A stretch of DNA of 58,233 nt, the filler included, from Dugesia japonica (taxonomy: Eukaryota): NCBI GenBank assembly GCA_001938525.1. It is 4 parts of 4 records of this genome, joined end to end, with 100 filler letters (N's around TTAATTAATTAA, not from the genome) between each part and the next. Parts side by side here need not be neighbours in the genome. Positions count along the whole stretch, not along the records: positions 9,663 to 37,029 come from MQRL01630142.1; 3 more parts are not named here. The stretch is one strand, 5' to 3'. Below are positions 12,561 through 23,930 of this stretch, one piece after another. Every line of letters starts with the position of its first letter. Position 1 is the first letter of the stretch. A program made the translations under genes and the position numbers. The notes beneath the pieces were generated by a model. That model ran no database searches and was not told the DNA's origin. It was given only the letters and a program-made list of their open reading frames with translations.

Positions 12561-13620
12561 GGGAGAGATAAACATTTGTTGACATAATATTATAATACGA
12601 CTAGTGTTACAAAAACTTGAGCAGCCGGCCAATTTGACTGTACGCTGTTCGAGTTACAGCATCGATACGAATTTTTTACTGAAATCGAATGGTTGATAAA
12701 ATATTGAAGAAATTTAGATATTTTAATAGTAGTTTTTTGAGTTTATTTTGATAGCAAAGATCTAATCCCAAGATATAATACCGAAAATCCCGATATTGGA
12801 TGTTCAAATCAAGAGGTAAAATAAAAATTTTGTTTGAGAAAATGAATTAAATTCTCAGTAACATGATTTTTGAGATTTAAATTAATTTTGTCATAAAAAA
12901 TCGAGAACCGGAGAAGTTTTGAAGAAGTTTGGCATTTTTTGACAAGTGGGAGAAGGATTGTGTCGAAGATAAATTGGCATCAACAATTTTTTTTAACGAT
13001 TAATGTAATGAATTAGTTAAAATATTGATAATTTATGGGGGAGGGGCTACCGTTGGTTGACAAGCGGGAAGTTAAAAGTGTCTGAAAATTGTTGACATAT
13101 TAAACGGACATCTCATAATAACTATTGAAAATAATTCGGTAAAGTAATGAAAAAATATTTCCTAAAAAATACAAAATTCTAATTAATAATCAAATTAAAA
13201 TATACAAAAAAATTAATTTTTTAATTAAAAGTTTTCAAATTTAAATCAGTGCTTAAAAGATTTGTTCTCTCCGAAAAATTAATTTAGTCGCATTTGGAAG
13301 AATCAAAAAAACTATTCATGTTTCCAAACTTTCCACAAATTAAACTTAATTAAATTAATTAATTAATTAATTAAGCTTAAATTTATGCATTTTATCTTTA
13401 GACAATTTTGAAATTCTTTTTTCAAAACTAAGCAATTTTATCCAAAATTTTAATTCGTATAGACAGGGATTTAATTTAATTTACTTTAAATTTGATGCAA
13501 AACGTCAGATAATAAGTGCAAGAGAAAAATTCTAACCAATTTGTTCATTAGAATTATATTATTTATTCTAGTTATTAATAATTTTTATCATAAAATAAAC
13601 ATTTCAAATAATGGTGGCAC

Positions 13621-14294
13621 CTGTAAATGAGGCCAAGCAGCTTCTAAAGTTGGTTCATCTTCTTCTGGGTCATACTCCGCTCCCATTGGATTACTTGCTG
13701 GTGGTAGAGTGCGAAATAGATTTGCTGCTAACATTTTCACAATTTCTGGGTAAAGAGGTTCTGTTAGAACTCCTTGATTACTATTTATATACTCGATCAA
13801 TTCGTTAAGAGTTGATCGCTTAATTTCTTTATCTTTGAGATCACTGAGAGGATCAATGGCAAAATCAAAAACAACTGAACATTGTTCAATTTTCTTCATA
13901 AATAATTCTTCTTTTTCCGATGGTGAAGTATCTTTTAATAATGGAAGCTTTTTCAATTCCCGTTTCTGAGATATATTGAACACTGAAGATGCTCTTCTTT
14001 CACGTTTAACAGCTCCACTGCCAGCAATTGTTCCTTCTGCTTGACGAGTTTTGATTAATTGGGTTTGTGGTGGATAAGTAGCTTTAAGAAATTTATGATA
14101 ATTAACAAAATAATTTAAATTACTTTCAACAGGTGCTACAACTTTCTTTTCCGCCTCTTCTTTACGCGGTGATGATTTAGAATTATTCTAACATAACAGT
14201 CAAAAACTTTTAAAACAACAGAAAAATTTTTACATTCATATTAAAAGCAAAAATAAATGAAATTTACTTTTTCTTTTTTGGATTTAAGTGGCAT
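13621..14294 (-). CDS. PPP2R5D: PP2A B56 regulatory subunit (gamma/delta type), 5' part; exons 14268-14294, 14124-14187, 13621-14081
   Basis: MPLKSKKEK...PPQTQLIK...[23 protein letters not shown]...[19 protein letters not shown], with GT-AG introns of 80 and 42 nt in frame. Later exons not found before the contig end. PPP2R5C versus PPP2R5D is not resolvable. Confidence 0.92.
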
Positions 14295-14639
14295 TTCAAA
14301 ATAAATTCATAAATAATCAGAATAACAATTTTTTATATTTAAACAAACTACATTAGACGATAAATGTTACTTCATTTAAAATGTTTTAAATTATTAAGTT
14401 ATACTATTAGAATGTATTCTCCATCATTTTCAATTTTTTGTAATAATTTTTACAGGTCCAGATTTTTATAATTGTGTATCAAATATAATTTAAACCACTT
14501 TTTCGCTTAATACTGTCGAAATTACATGAATTTTCAAATTCATTTAATTATTTAACACAATACTAAAATAATATATTAGTAATTTTATTCAAAATTACAA
14601 ATTTGATGTAATCTAAATAAATATGATTCTTTATTTGAT

Positions 14640-14730
14640 TCTAAATGTTAAAACTCCATATTTTTTTAATGAAAGGATTTACAAGTTGGTGGAACGCTGG
14701 CTGCATATTGTTATAAATAATGATATACAC
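14640..14730 (+). mobile_element. Mariner 3' remnant, continuing at 18912-19020 after the hAT insertion
   Basis: FFNERIYKLVERWLHIVINN matches the mariner C-terminus. TIR-like TTTTGTCAACTAATA near 19005-19019. Confidence 0.5.
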
Positions 14731-17700
14731 CAGGGTTCGCCAACACGTCGACCCAGGGTGACTGGTCGCCCGCGAAGGGTTTGAAAATACCCCGTCACTT
14801 AAAAGTTTCACAATTTAATTTTCCTTATATTAATGTTTAAAATCTTAATTTAACATTTTATTTTTACAATAATAGGGTATTTGTGCAACAATCCATAATG
14901 TATGCATTTATCACGATAAATAGTAAAAATTAATGGTATCGTGTAAACTGATTATAGTAGCTATGCATTGGCATATAAAATGACAATTGCAAAAAATGCG
15001 CAAAATAATTTATCAGNTAGTAGAATTGATGAAATAGAATAAGATATTAAATTTGAAAACAAGCTTGCTATTTACAAGACCGTTGTTAAAACATACCTTT
15101 TTATTTTTATTATTGATTTAGAAATAATTTACGTATGCTTTATTATTAGAATTATATTATTGTTNNNNNNNNNNNNNNNNNNNNNNNNNNNNNNNNNNNN
15201 NNNNNNNNNNNNNNAATTAAGCTGTTAAAATAAAATTTATTTTTTTAGATTTCAATTAAGGTGATAGTTTCAAACTTCAAACACTTGCTACCACGTTTTA
15301 ATACACTCGTGTTTATTTACAATAATACGTTTTTTATAATTTCTACAACGAAACATAGCTGGTATGCTATTGTTAAATTTTTTTTGAAATATAATGAATA
15401 TTTATGTTGGGGTTTTATCTAGGGCGTCGATTTTTTATAATTAAGTCTAGGGTGATTGGCCTAGTAAAACCCCGAAAAGAATTTAATCTGGTGTCTTCAA
15501 AAATCCAGATCTTCGAAATGGAGCCGTTGACTCGGAATTCGAGTATAGACTCGCACTCCTTTAGTTCGGGTTCGTCTTCCGTGACACTTGCTCGACTTAC
15601 GAGACCTACTTATTATTATTTTATAAATTTCCAGTTTATGGAGCGTTTTTGATCTTAATTAATTATGGTATTAATAGTTATGAGATTAATTATCATAAAA
15701 ATAAAAGAATTTATAAGCGAATAACATATTAGGGTTATTAAACTTAACTTTTTACAAATTAATATACAATAATCAATAGAACTAACATAGTCTGAATCCC
15801 GATACGGAGAAAGCATAACACATAGATTGTCTCTTCTTCGGTAGCCATTAACGACTCGAGGGGTCCTTCATAATTTTCCATCTTCAAGTCAGAAATCGTT
15901 GCACCACAAATTTAAATAGAACAATAATTACCGTAATAATTTAGATTTTCTGGTTGACTTCAGTAATTTCAATTGGCGAAGATTGACAATTCTGGTTGAT
16001 TTCACTAATTTTTACTAGTGAAGATTGATTTTTGATGAAAATACATCAGTATTTTGCCGGTTTTCTTCTACACCTTCGTTCATTTCATTGGGTAATATAC
16101 ATTCTTGGTGTTTTTATTGGTCGGTTTATTTTAATTCTGTCACATGATTCTTCTTATTAGTTGGAATTTTGGAATTCTAAAATTTCTGGAGTTTCATTGG
16201 TTAACCTTCAGATCCTTGTATCTTTTTTCGGAGTCTTGGTACGATTTTTTAACTCAAAATTTTGAACTCCCCGATATTTTCTTGTCTATAATTCTTTTAA
16301 CTGCTAATTTTAATTTGACAGAAAACCTTTATTTTTCTCACTTTGTCAAAGATTTAATTTTCTTCTTTAAAATAAATCATTTTAAATCATATGATTTATT
16401 TTATTTAATTAAATAAATTATTTATTTTATTTCTTTTAAAATATTAATTAGATGTTCGTTTTTTTCTGGTCTAAAATTGATTTAATTTCGAAGTATTCTT
16501 CCACTTATTAATTCATTTAATTTATTTTCTCTTTCTTCGATTAATATGCTTTCTTTAATTTTGCCTAATGAATTAGATTCTTGGCTGTTATTTATTATTT
16601 TCTTTCTTTTCATAGCTGCTTTTTTTACTACTTTTTTTCTTTGATCTTCTTATTTCTACGTTGTTTCGTGCTGTAATGCTAGACTCTTCTTATTATCTTA
16701 AAGATTTTAACTATCTAATCTGGTTTTCTCATCCATTATTTCTGTTTTCAACTGAATTATGTTTTTCTTGGGTCTGAATTCTTTGTTTTCTTTTCTTATG
16801 TCAATCTTTAGAATTTCAAGTCCACTTAACACCATTTTTATTTTCTGTACCATGTGTTTCACTCCAACATTTATACCCTTTATTTTAAAATGAGTAAACC
16901 AACTATCAACCACAAAAACGTAAAAACTTATAATTATCATAGTGAATAGGAAGAAAATTATTTTTTATCATGTTAAAAAATAAATGTTCCTGTTTTATTT
17001 GCAATACTGTAGTAGCTTTGACAAAGAAAGCAAACGTTGAAAGGCATTATCTTGCAGTTTATAAAAATTATGAACAAGATTATTCACGTGGTACGGCGTT
17101 AAGAAAGGCCAAAGTTCAACAACTGGAGGGAGAGTTAACTGCGCAGCAAGATAGTCTCTTAAAGAACAACACCAACTCAAAGAGTGCTACAACTGCATCA
17201 TTCAAAGTTACTGATACTTTTATCAAACATAATAAACCGTTTCAAGATAGAGAAATATGGTAAGAGGCTTTTATTTAAGCCGAGAAGTGTTGTTTCAAAA
17301 TTTTAAAAAATAAATCGGAAATAATGACATTCAATAAAAATTTGTCGTTATCGAGAAATACAGTTATGCGTAGAACAGAGGGAATCAGCCAAAACTTTGA
17401 AGATGTTTCATATAAAAACATTAATAAATGCGTGGTATTATCACTACAATTTGATGAATTATCAGACTTTATTGGCACTGCACAATTATGTGTTTTATTC
17501 GAATGGTATTGGAGTATATGTCGGATACAGAAGAACTATTAACTATTATTCCAATGCATGAACGCACACGAAGTCAGGATAACTTTGATTTATTTAAAAA
17601 TTATATTGCTCGCACAAATTTTCTAATCTACAAATTAGTATTAATAACCACGGAATGATCGTGGTTAATAACTCCTGCAATGATCGGTAATAAAAGTGGC

Positions 17701-18911
17701 TTTATTGATCTTTGTAAATGTGATGATAACATTCCAGATTTTATAGATTTTCATTGTATTATACATACTCAAGTCTTATGCTAAAAAGTATTGAAATTTG
17801 AACATGTTATGGATGTTGCATTTAAGATATTAAATTCAATAAGATCTAAAAGTTTGTCACCTTGTCAGTTTCGCGCCTTGTTGAGAAAATGTATTGACGA
17901 GAACAGTGAACTGTTATTACATACAAAAATAAGGTTGTTAAGCCGTGCTATATTCTTAACTAGATCTAGAGATCTTCTGCAACAAATATGCTTATATTTA
18001 GAATCTAAAATTGATTCAGTTTCTCATTTTAAAAAAATCAAAAATGGCTTCTTGATCTTGATTTTTCTGCGATGTTACTGTAAAATTACAACAATTGAAA
18101 TTGAAACTGCAAGGTAAAGGTAAAACAATAATAGATATGGTAAACATATTGAAGTCATTTAAACAAAAAATCGAATATTCTTGTAATGCAATTAAAACGT
18201 GTTGATTTAAAGCATTATAAAAATTTAGTTGATGAGTCTAAAAATAAAATGAATCTTACTTACAATTAATATGCTGATATCATTGCATTGCTTCTAAAAG
18301 AATTTGACAAAATATTTTTAACACTGAGTAAACTTGAAGATATTGCAAGTTTCTTGTCTTACCTATTTAATGGTGACGTCGATGTTGAAAACATAGCTCA
18401 GAAACTAAACACCTTTCTCAANTCTACAAATATAGCAGACTTGGGAGAAGAAATAATACATATAAAATATGACATAAATCTTAAGTCAATGGTTTTTAAT
18501 TCTTATTTTTGAAAACTGATGAATAAAGATAAATATCCAAATATTTGGATAGTTGTCTCACGTTTCAATGCTTTCTTTGGATCAAAATATTTATGTGAAT
18601 CTGCATTTTTATTTATAAATGCGATCAAAACAAAAGATAGATCGCAATTAACAGATAAACATTTGGAAGCGTGTCTGAGAATTGTGTTAAGTTTGTATGA
18701 TCCAAACTTTGAAAACAACTGCAGCATTTATTCAATGTCAAATGTCGTTTAATTAAATATACTTATTTTCAAAGTTTTGTAATTTATTTGTCAAAATATC
18801 TTTAAAAAATATCAGAAATCCTAAATTTTTCCCTTTATATTCTTGTTCATATTGCAGATCATATTTTACAGAAAAAGAAGCCCATATGAGATAAAAGTTT
18901 GGACACATCTG
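14731..18911 (+). mobile_element. Near full-length degenerate hAT (Buster/Charlie) transposon; transposase pseudogene ~16890-18752
   Basis: Ends CAGGGTTCGCCAAC ... GTTTGGACACATCTG; flanks ATATACAC/ATATAATA. Motifs: BED finger CFIC...ERHY, SLQFDE, FHCIIH, LLHTKIRLLSR, FGSKYLCESAF. Confidence 0.85.
15405..16869. mobile_element. 1465-bp TGTTGGGG...CTCCAACA insertion, solo-LTR-like
   Basis: Perfect 4-bp TSD TTTA. Left end similar to 42138 onward. Right end (reverse complement TGTTGGAGTGAAAC) similar to the starts at 48404 and 23931. Confidence 0.85.
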
Positions 18912-19201
18912 ATATAATACACATTGAAATAACTATTGTTTCTTTTAAGAAAGATAATAATAACCCTGGATTTTAGCTTTGTATTATTCTTTTCCGTGAA
19001 AATTTTTTGTCAACTAATATTTAAAAGCAACCAATTTTTTNNNNNNNNNNNNNNNNNNNNNNNNNNNNNNNNNNNNNNNNNNNNNNNNNNNNNNNNNNNN
19101 NNNNNNNNNNNNNNNNNNNNNNNNNNNNNNNNNNNNNNNNNNNNNNNNNNNNNNNNNNNNNNNNNNNNNNNNNNNNNNNNNNNNNNNNNNNNNNNNNNNN
19201 N

Positions 19202-20411
19202 TTATAGATGTAATTCTTATTTGTAATAGTTGCTACATATTTGTTTTACTACATCACCAAATTTCAGCTGAACAGATCGTAATTTAAAAAAGTTACAGTA
19301 ATTTATTTAATCTTCTTCTATGTGTAAGATGTATTAAATTCTGCGTCAAAAACGAAATTTAACGTCCCGATACCTTGAAAATGCTACAGAAGTGATATGG
19401 CAATAATGCTTTATCAAAATCAACAACTGATGAATGGTATACGCGGTTTTTAGATGATCGTAAGATTGTTACAGATGATTCTAGATCTGGAAGATCATTA
19501 ACCTCGAAGAACGACGAAAATATCAAAGAATTAAAGTCATTGTTAATGGAAAATAGGAAATTGACTATTAGAGAGATTATTGAAGATACAGGAATATCAT
19601 TTGGAACAGTTCAAACCATTTTGCATTAGGATTTGGGATTGAAACGTGTTGCTGCAAGACTTGTTCCATGTGAATTGAACATTTTTCAAAATTTAGTCGT
19701 GTTGAAATTTTAAGGGCCTTACTCTCTAACGTTGATTCTGATGAAACATTTATAAAACGTATAATTTCTGGTGATAAAACGTGGGTGTGTGAGTATGAAA
19801 CTCAAACAAAACATAAATAAAGTCAATGGCAGTCTCTGAAAGAGCCAAAACCGAAAAAACCATGTCGTTTTCTGTCAAAAAAAGAAGGTCATGCTGACCG
19901 TTTTCATCGATTCCGATGGAGTTGTACACCATAAATTTATTCGGGAAGATCAAACAGTCAGCAAGGAGTATTATCTAGTTGTTATGAGACGATCGCGTGA
20001 AGCTGTTTGTGTGAAAAGAAAAGATTTGTGGAGAAACATTGCCCGGATTTTACACCATGACGATGCACTAGCTCACAATGCAATATTTATTTGAGATTTT
20101 TTGCAAACACTCAATACAAATACTATTTAAGAAGCTTCGAATTCATCAGGTAAGGGTGTTTGTAACTTCTTTCTATTTAATAGACTGAAAAAACCACTTC
20201 GAGAAAAACGTTTTGATACCACTGAAGCGATGTATTGTTGGTATACCAAAGAAGGAGTTCCAGAAGGCATTTGAAAATTGGATTACACGCTGCCATAAGT
20301 GCATTGAAGTTAATAGAGACTACTTCGAAGGTGACAATTAAAATTGTGTTGAATAAATAGTTTGTTTTATTTTAAATTGAGTTTGCCAGGTATATTTTGA
20401 TCATAGTAGTA
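19202..20411 (+). mobile_element. Mariner element, degenerate transposase ~19330-20340
   Basis: DDSRSGRS, ARLVPCEL (WVPHEL-like), ISGDKTW, LHHDDALAH, FFLFNRLKKPLR; terminus TTTTGATCATAGTAGTA. Confidence 0.9.
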
Positions 20412-20860
20412 GAGTAGTATATTTCTATGGTTTTAAAGTATTTTATTTGGTTTTCTCAGACTTTAATGGGATGCTATAAGATTTTATAGGATTTCATTGA
20501 ATTTTTATATTGTTGATATAGAGCTGTATAGGATCTTATTAAGTCTAATTGAATCTTGTTGGGTCTAATTTCGTTTTATCGGGTATCTGTTTTTATAAGA
20601 ATTATTTAGGGTATTTATAGAGTTTCATTGAGTCTTATTAGATTTGTATAAGTTTTTTTAAGAGTTTATTAGGTTTTTTATTCAATTAAACTTAATAAAC
20701 CTATTACACTCAACACATACAATAAATCGATGTATACACACAATAAACCATATACATATAATAAACCAAACACAAACACACACACTAAACATAATAAACC
20801 AATACATTTAATGAAACATATACAAATTTTAAACTCAATACAATCAGTTCATTAAGATAC
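20412..20860. repeat. Degenerate low-complexity repeat, T-rich half then A-rich half
   Basis: Recurrent GGTTT(T)ATT / AATAAACC motifs; resembles 48019-48403. Confidence 0.45.
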
Positions 20861-20915
20861 AAGTTTTATTTAATTATATATTAAATTCATTTAACACTTT
20901 TATTACTTTTATTAT

Positions 20916-21660
20916 TGTCAATAAATATTTATTAATTACAAAGAAATAAAGAATTTTAACCAATAGAAATTGATTAAAATTATTTTAGTTAATTATTTGG
21001 TTCTATTGGACAAATGTTATATTAAATATTTATAGTTGTTAATTGTGAATAAAAATATGTCTCAAATGAATAGTTGTGATTTTGAAAATAAATATTCTTT
21101 ATAAGATTTATTTAACATGGTGGCAGCGGTATATATCGATTCAATCACAGATATATTTTTACCAATTGCGTTCTTTAGAAGAGATGAAATTTAAAAATTC
21201 ATAAAGCGTTGTGAATTGGAGACTAAAAGTATTAACTAGATGAAACAACAGTAAAGATTACTTTCTTGTTTGTAAATTGAAACTTTACTGCGAAAATATG
21301 CAAAAACGTTGAAAAAGGTTTTAAGGGTGTCAGGCGCGTTTTATTTTAACATGTGACAAAGACAAAGAAGTTATCAAAGATCTTTAGAATTTGATTAGCT
21401 ACTGATGTGGAAATAAAGAGATTCAATTTTACTTTAAACATGTAAAGGGTTTGGAGAAAACGAATATTTACTAATAAAGATTTTACAGAGGAAAAATGGT
21501 TGATCAGATAACAAAAGAATTGAAAAAAGGTGACTTTGCAGAAACGATAGAGTATAGAAAAAATTGAAGAAACAATGACGTTGGCTGATCGAATAAATAA
21601 AGAAAGAGATCAAGTTGATGCAATTATAAGTAATCGAAAGTTACAAGTCAAAATTTATTT
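20916..21660 (+). mobile_element. Ty3/Gypsy 5' end: short LTR, tRNA-Leu-type primer-binding site (21118-21130), gag remnant
   Basis: ...TTTAACA followed directly by TGGTGGCAGCGGT. The LTR start at 20916 is tentative. Confidence 0.6.
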
Positions 21661-21855
21661 ACTGGACCATCTTCTTTCGTCATAGAAAAAGCTCCAACCT
21701 TTCTCTAAATGGAATTGATTGAACTTCAGAATGATTTCATTAAATAAGAAAAATATAAAGAAATTGGCGTGCCAGCTATTTATAGTTACTTAAACGAGAG
21801 CAAATATCCAGAACTAAAAAATTGCGGAAGAACCGCTGTGTTACTTCGGTTCAAA
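21660..21855 (+). mobile_element. hAT transposase C-terminal fragment
   Basis: MELIELQND...KYPELK...CYFGS. Confidence 0.65.
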
Positions 21856-21859
21856 CTCT

Positions 21860-23660
21860 TATGGTCTGTGCGAATAATAAATTTCTTTCCCAATAAATAA
21901 TGCTTTTATTTCTTCACAAAGTAATAAACCGTCATGATTTCTTTCCTGATGATACAATACATTTTTTGTGCCTTTGAAAATTTCTTAGATTTATAGAATA
22001 TTAATTTATCTTTGTTATTTTGAATTTGACTTAAAACTGCTCCCATTCCAAAAGTAGTGTTGCTAAAGATCATGTTTCAGACTTTCAAAAGATTCTTTAT
22101 GAAATTTTTCCCATGTTAAATCTACCTTTTTTCCGTTTTTCGTGATGTTCACATTTCTTAAAATATCTTCTAGAGGTATAAGAATTTTTTTATATCTCCA
22201 AATAAATCTTCTGTAATAATTGCAAAACCCTAGAAAGCTTGATAATTCTTCATTTTTAATAGGAATACTCCAATTTTTTACTGCATTAATTTTTTCTGGA
22301 TCAGTCGTCACTCCTTTGTTTGATATTATGTGACCAAAATATTTTACTGAAGCTTTAAAAAAAACATTTCATAGGACATAACTTAGCTCTCGACTGCCTT
22401 ATCTTCATTGTGTTCCTCTATGCTTTTCCTGAAAATCAAAATATCATCGAGATATATTAAGCATTTATCTCTGAGAACTAAATTCATTAATCTTTGAAAA
22501 GTTGCTGGTGCTCAACAAAGTCCAAAAAACTATGCGATTAAATCAATAGAGAAATTTACTTGTAGCAAAAGCTGTTTTTCTTCTGTCTTTGTCTACATTG
22601 TAATGACCACTAGATTAATCAAGTGCACTAGAAAATCTTGATCCCGCAAATAAATCGAATAACTGTTGATTATCTGGAATATGATGTATAGGTCTGTTAG
22701 TAACTGAGTTTAATTTTCTATAATCTATACATAGCCTTATGTCTTCAGATTTCTTTTAAACAAACACAATAGGCGAAGACCACGGACTTGAACTCTAACG
22801 CATGATTCCGTTTTTTTTAAAGCTCTTTGATCATCTCATCGATTTCACTCTCTAGATGAAGAAGAGCTCTTTTTAATGGCTTAGCAATAGTTTAAAATCA
22901 ATAACATCTATTACGTGATACATTATTCACAGCTACAACCCATATATTTGCTATCTTATCTTTATAAGGACTAAATACAACTTCCTTCGAACAAATATCT
23001 GCACTATCTGCAGTGAGTAGAATCTGCACTCACTAAAAGAGTTACTTCTTCTTTTTTCTCAAAATTGTAACTTTATTGTCTAATGTAATTCTTATTGTAC
23101 AAATTTGAGCCTTCTTCACACTTCTTTCACCATTATTTGGACGCTCGGATACAGTGCTCTTTAGTTTTCAGTTAACTCTCTTATTTTGGATATGAAAGGT
23201 ACTTTTGTTTCACTTACAGCTACACAGTCTAGTTTTGGTAAAATTGAAATGTTCATCTTTTTCAAATCTCGTATTCATATTATGACTTTTTGGGAATAAT
23301 TTATTTACAATAGTCATCCTAATTCTACTAGTTTTATTTCCTTTTATTTTATTTATTTAATTTTATTTCTTGTTTGATCTTTTGAACTGGATACTTTAAA
23401 AAATCTGTTTCATGGTTTCTTTCTAAATACTTTTTACGATTTTCTAGCTCAATTATTCATCGTTTAAAGATTTCCATTTCTTGCAATTTTAACGTCATTG
23501 CTAATAATTCGCAATTTATCATTATACCGAGTTTTATCTTCTTTTTAAAATGAATTTAAAAGCTTTTTCCCGAGTTTAAAATCAATAATATCTATTACGT
23601 GATACATTATTCACAGCTACAATCCATGTGCTTGGTTTCATAATTTCCGTAACCCTGGCT
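21860..23660 (-). mobile_element. Ty3/Gypsy pol remnant (RT-RNase H)
   Basis: [56 protein letters not shown]; many frameshifts. Confidence 0.9.
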
Positions 23661-23930
23661 GCCAAACGATTATAAACCCCTTTCGAAAATATTGATAAGA
23701 GAGTTTTNTCTCTATCAAATTTATGATAAATGGCATTTCCCGAATTACATCAACTCTGATGGCATTTAGATACACTAATTAGTTAATATTATTAAAACAC
23801 ATATCACACATTATTTACGTGACATAGGAATTCGGGAAATATTATGAATTGTGAAAGATAAAACTTATGTTTAAAGTTATACAATGTGATAATAATTTCT
23901 TGTAATTTATTATTTAAAAAATAATAAATT

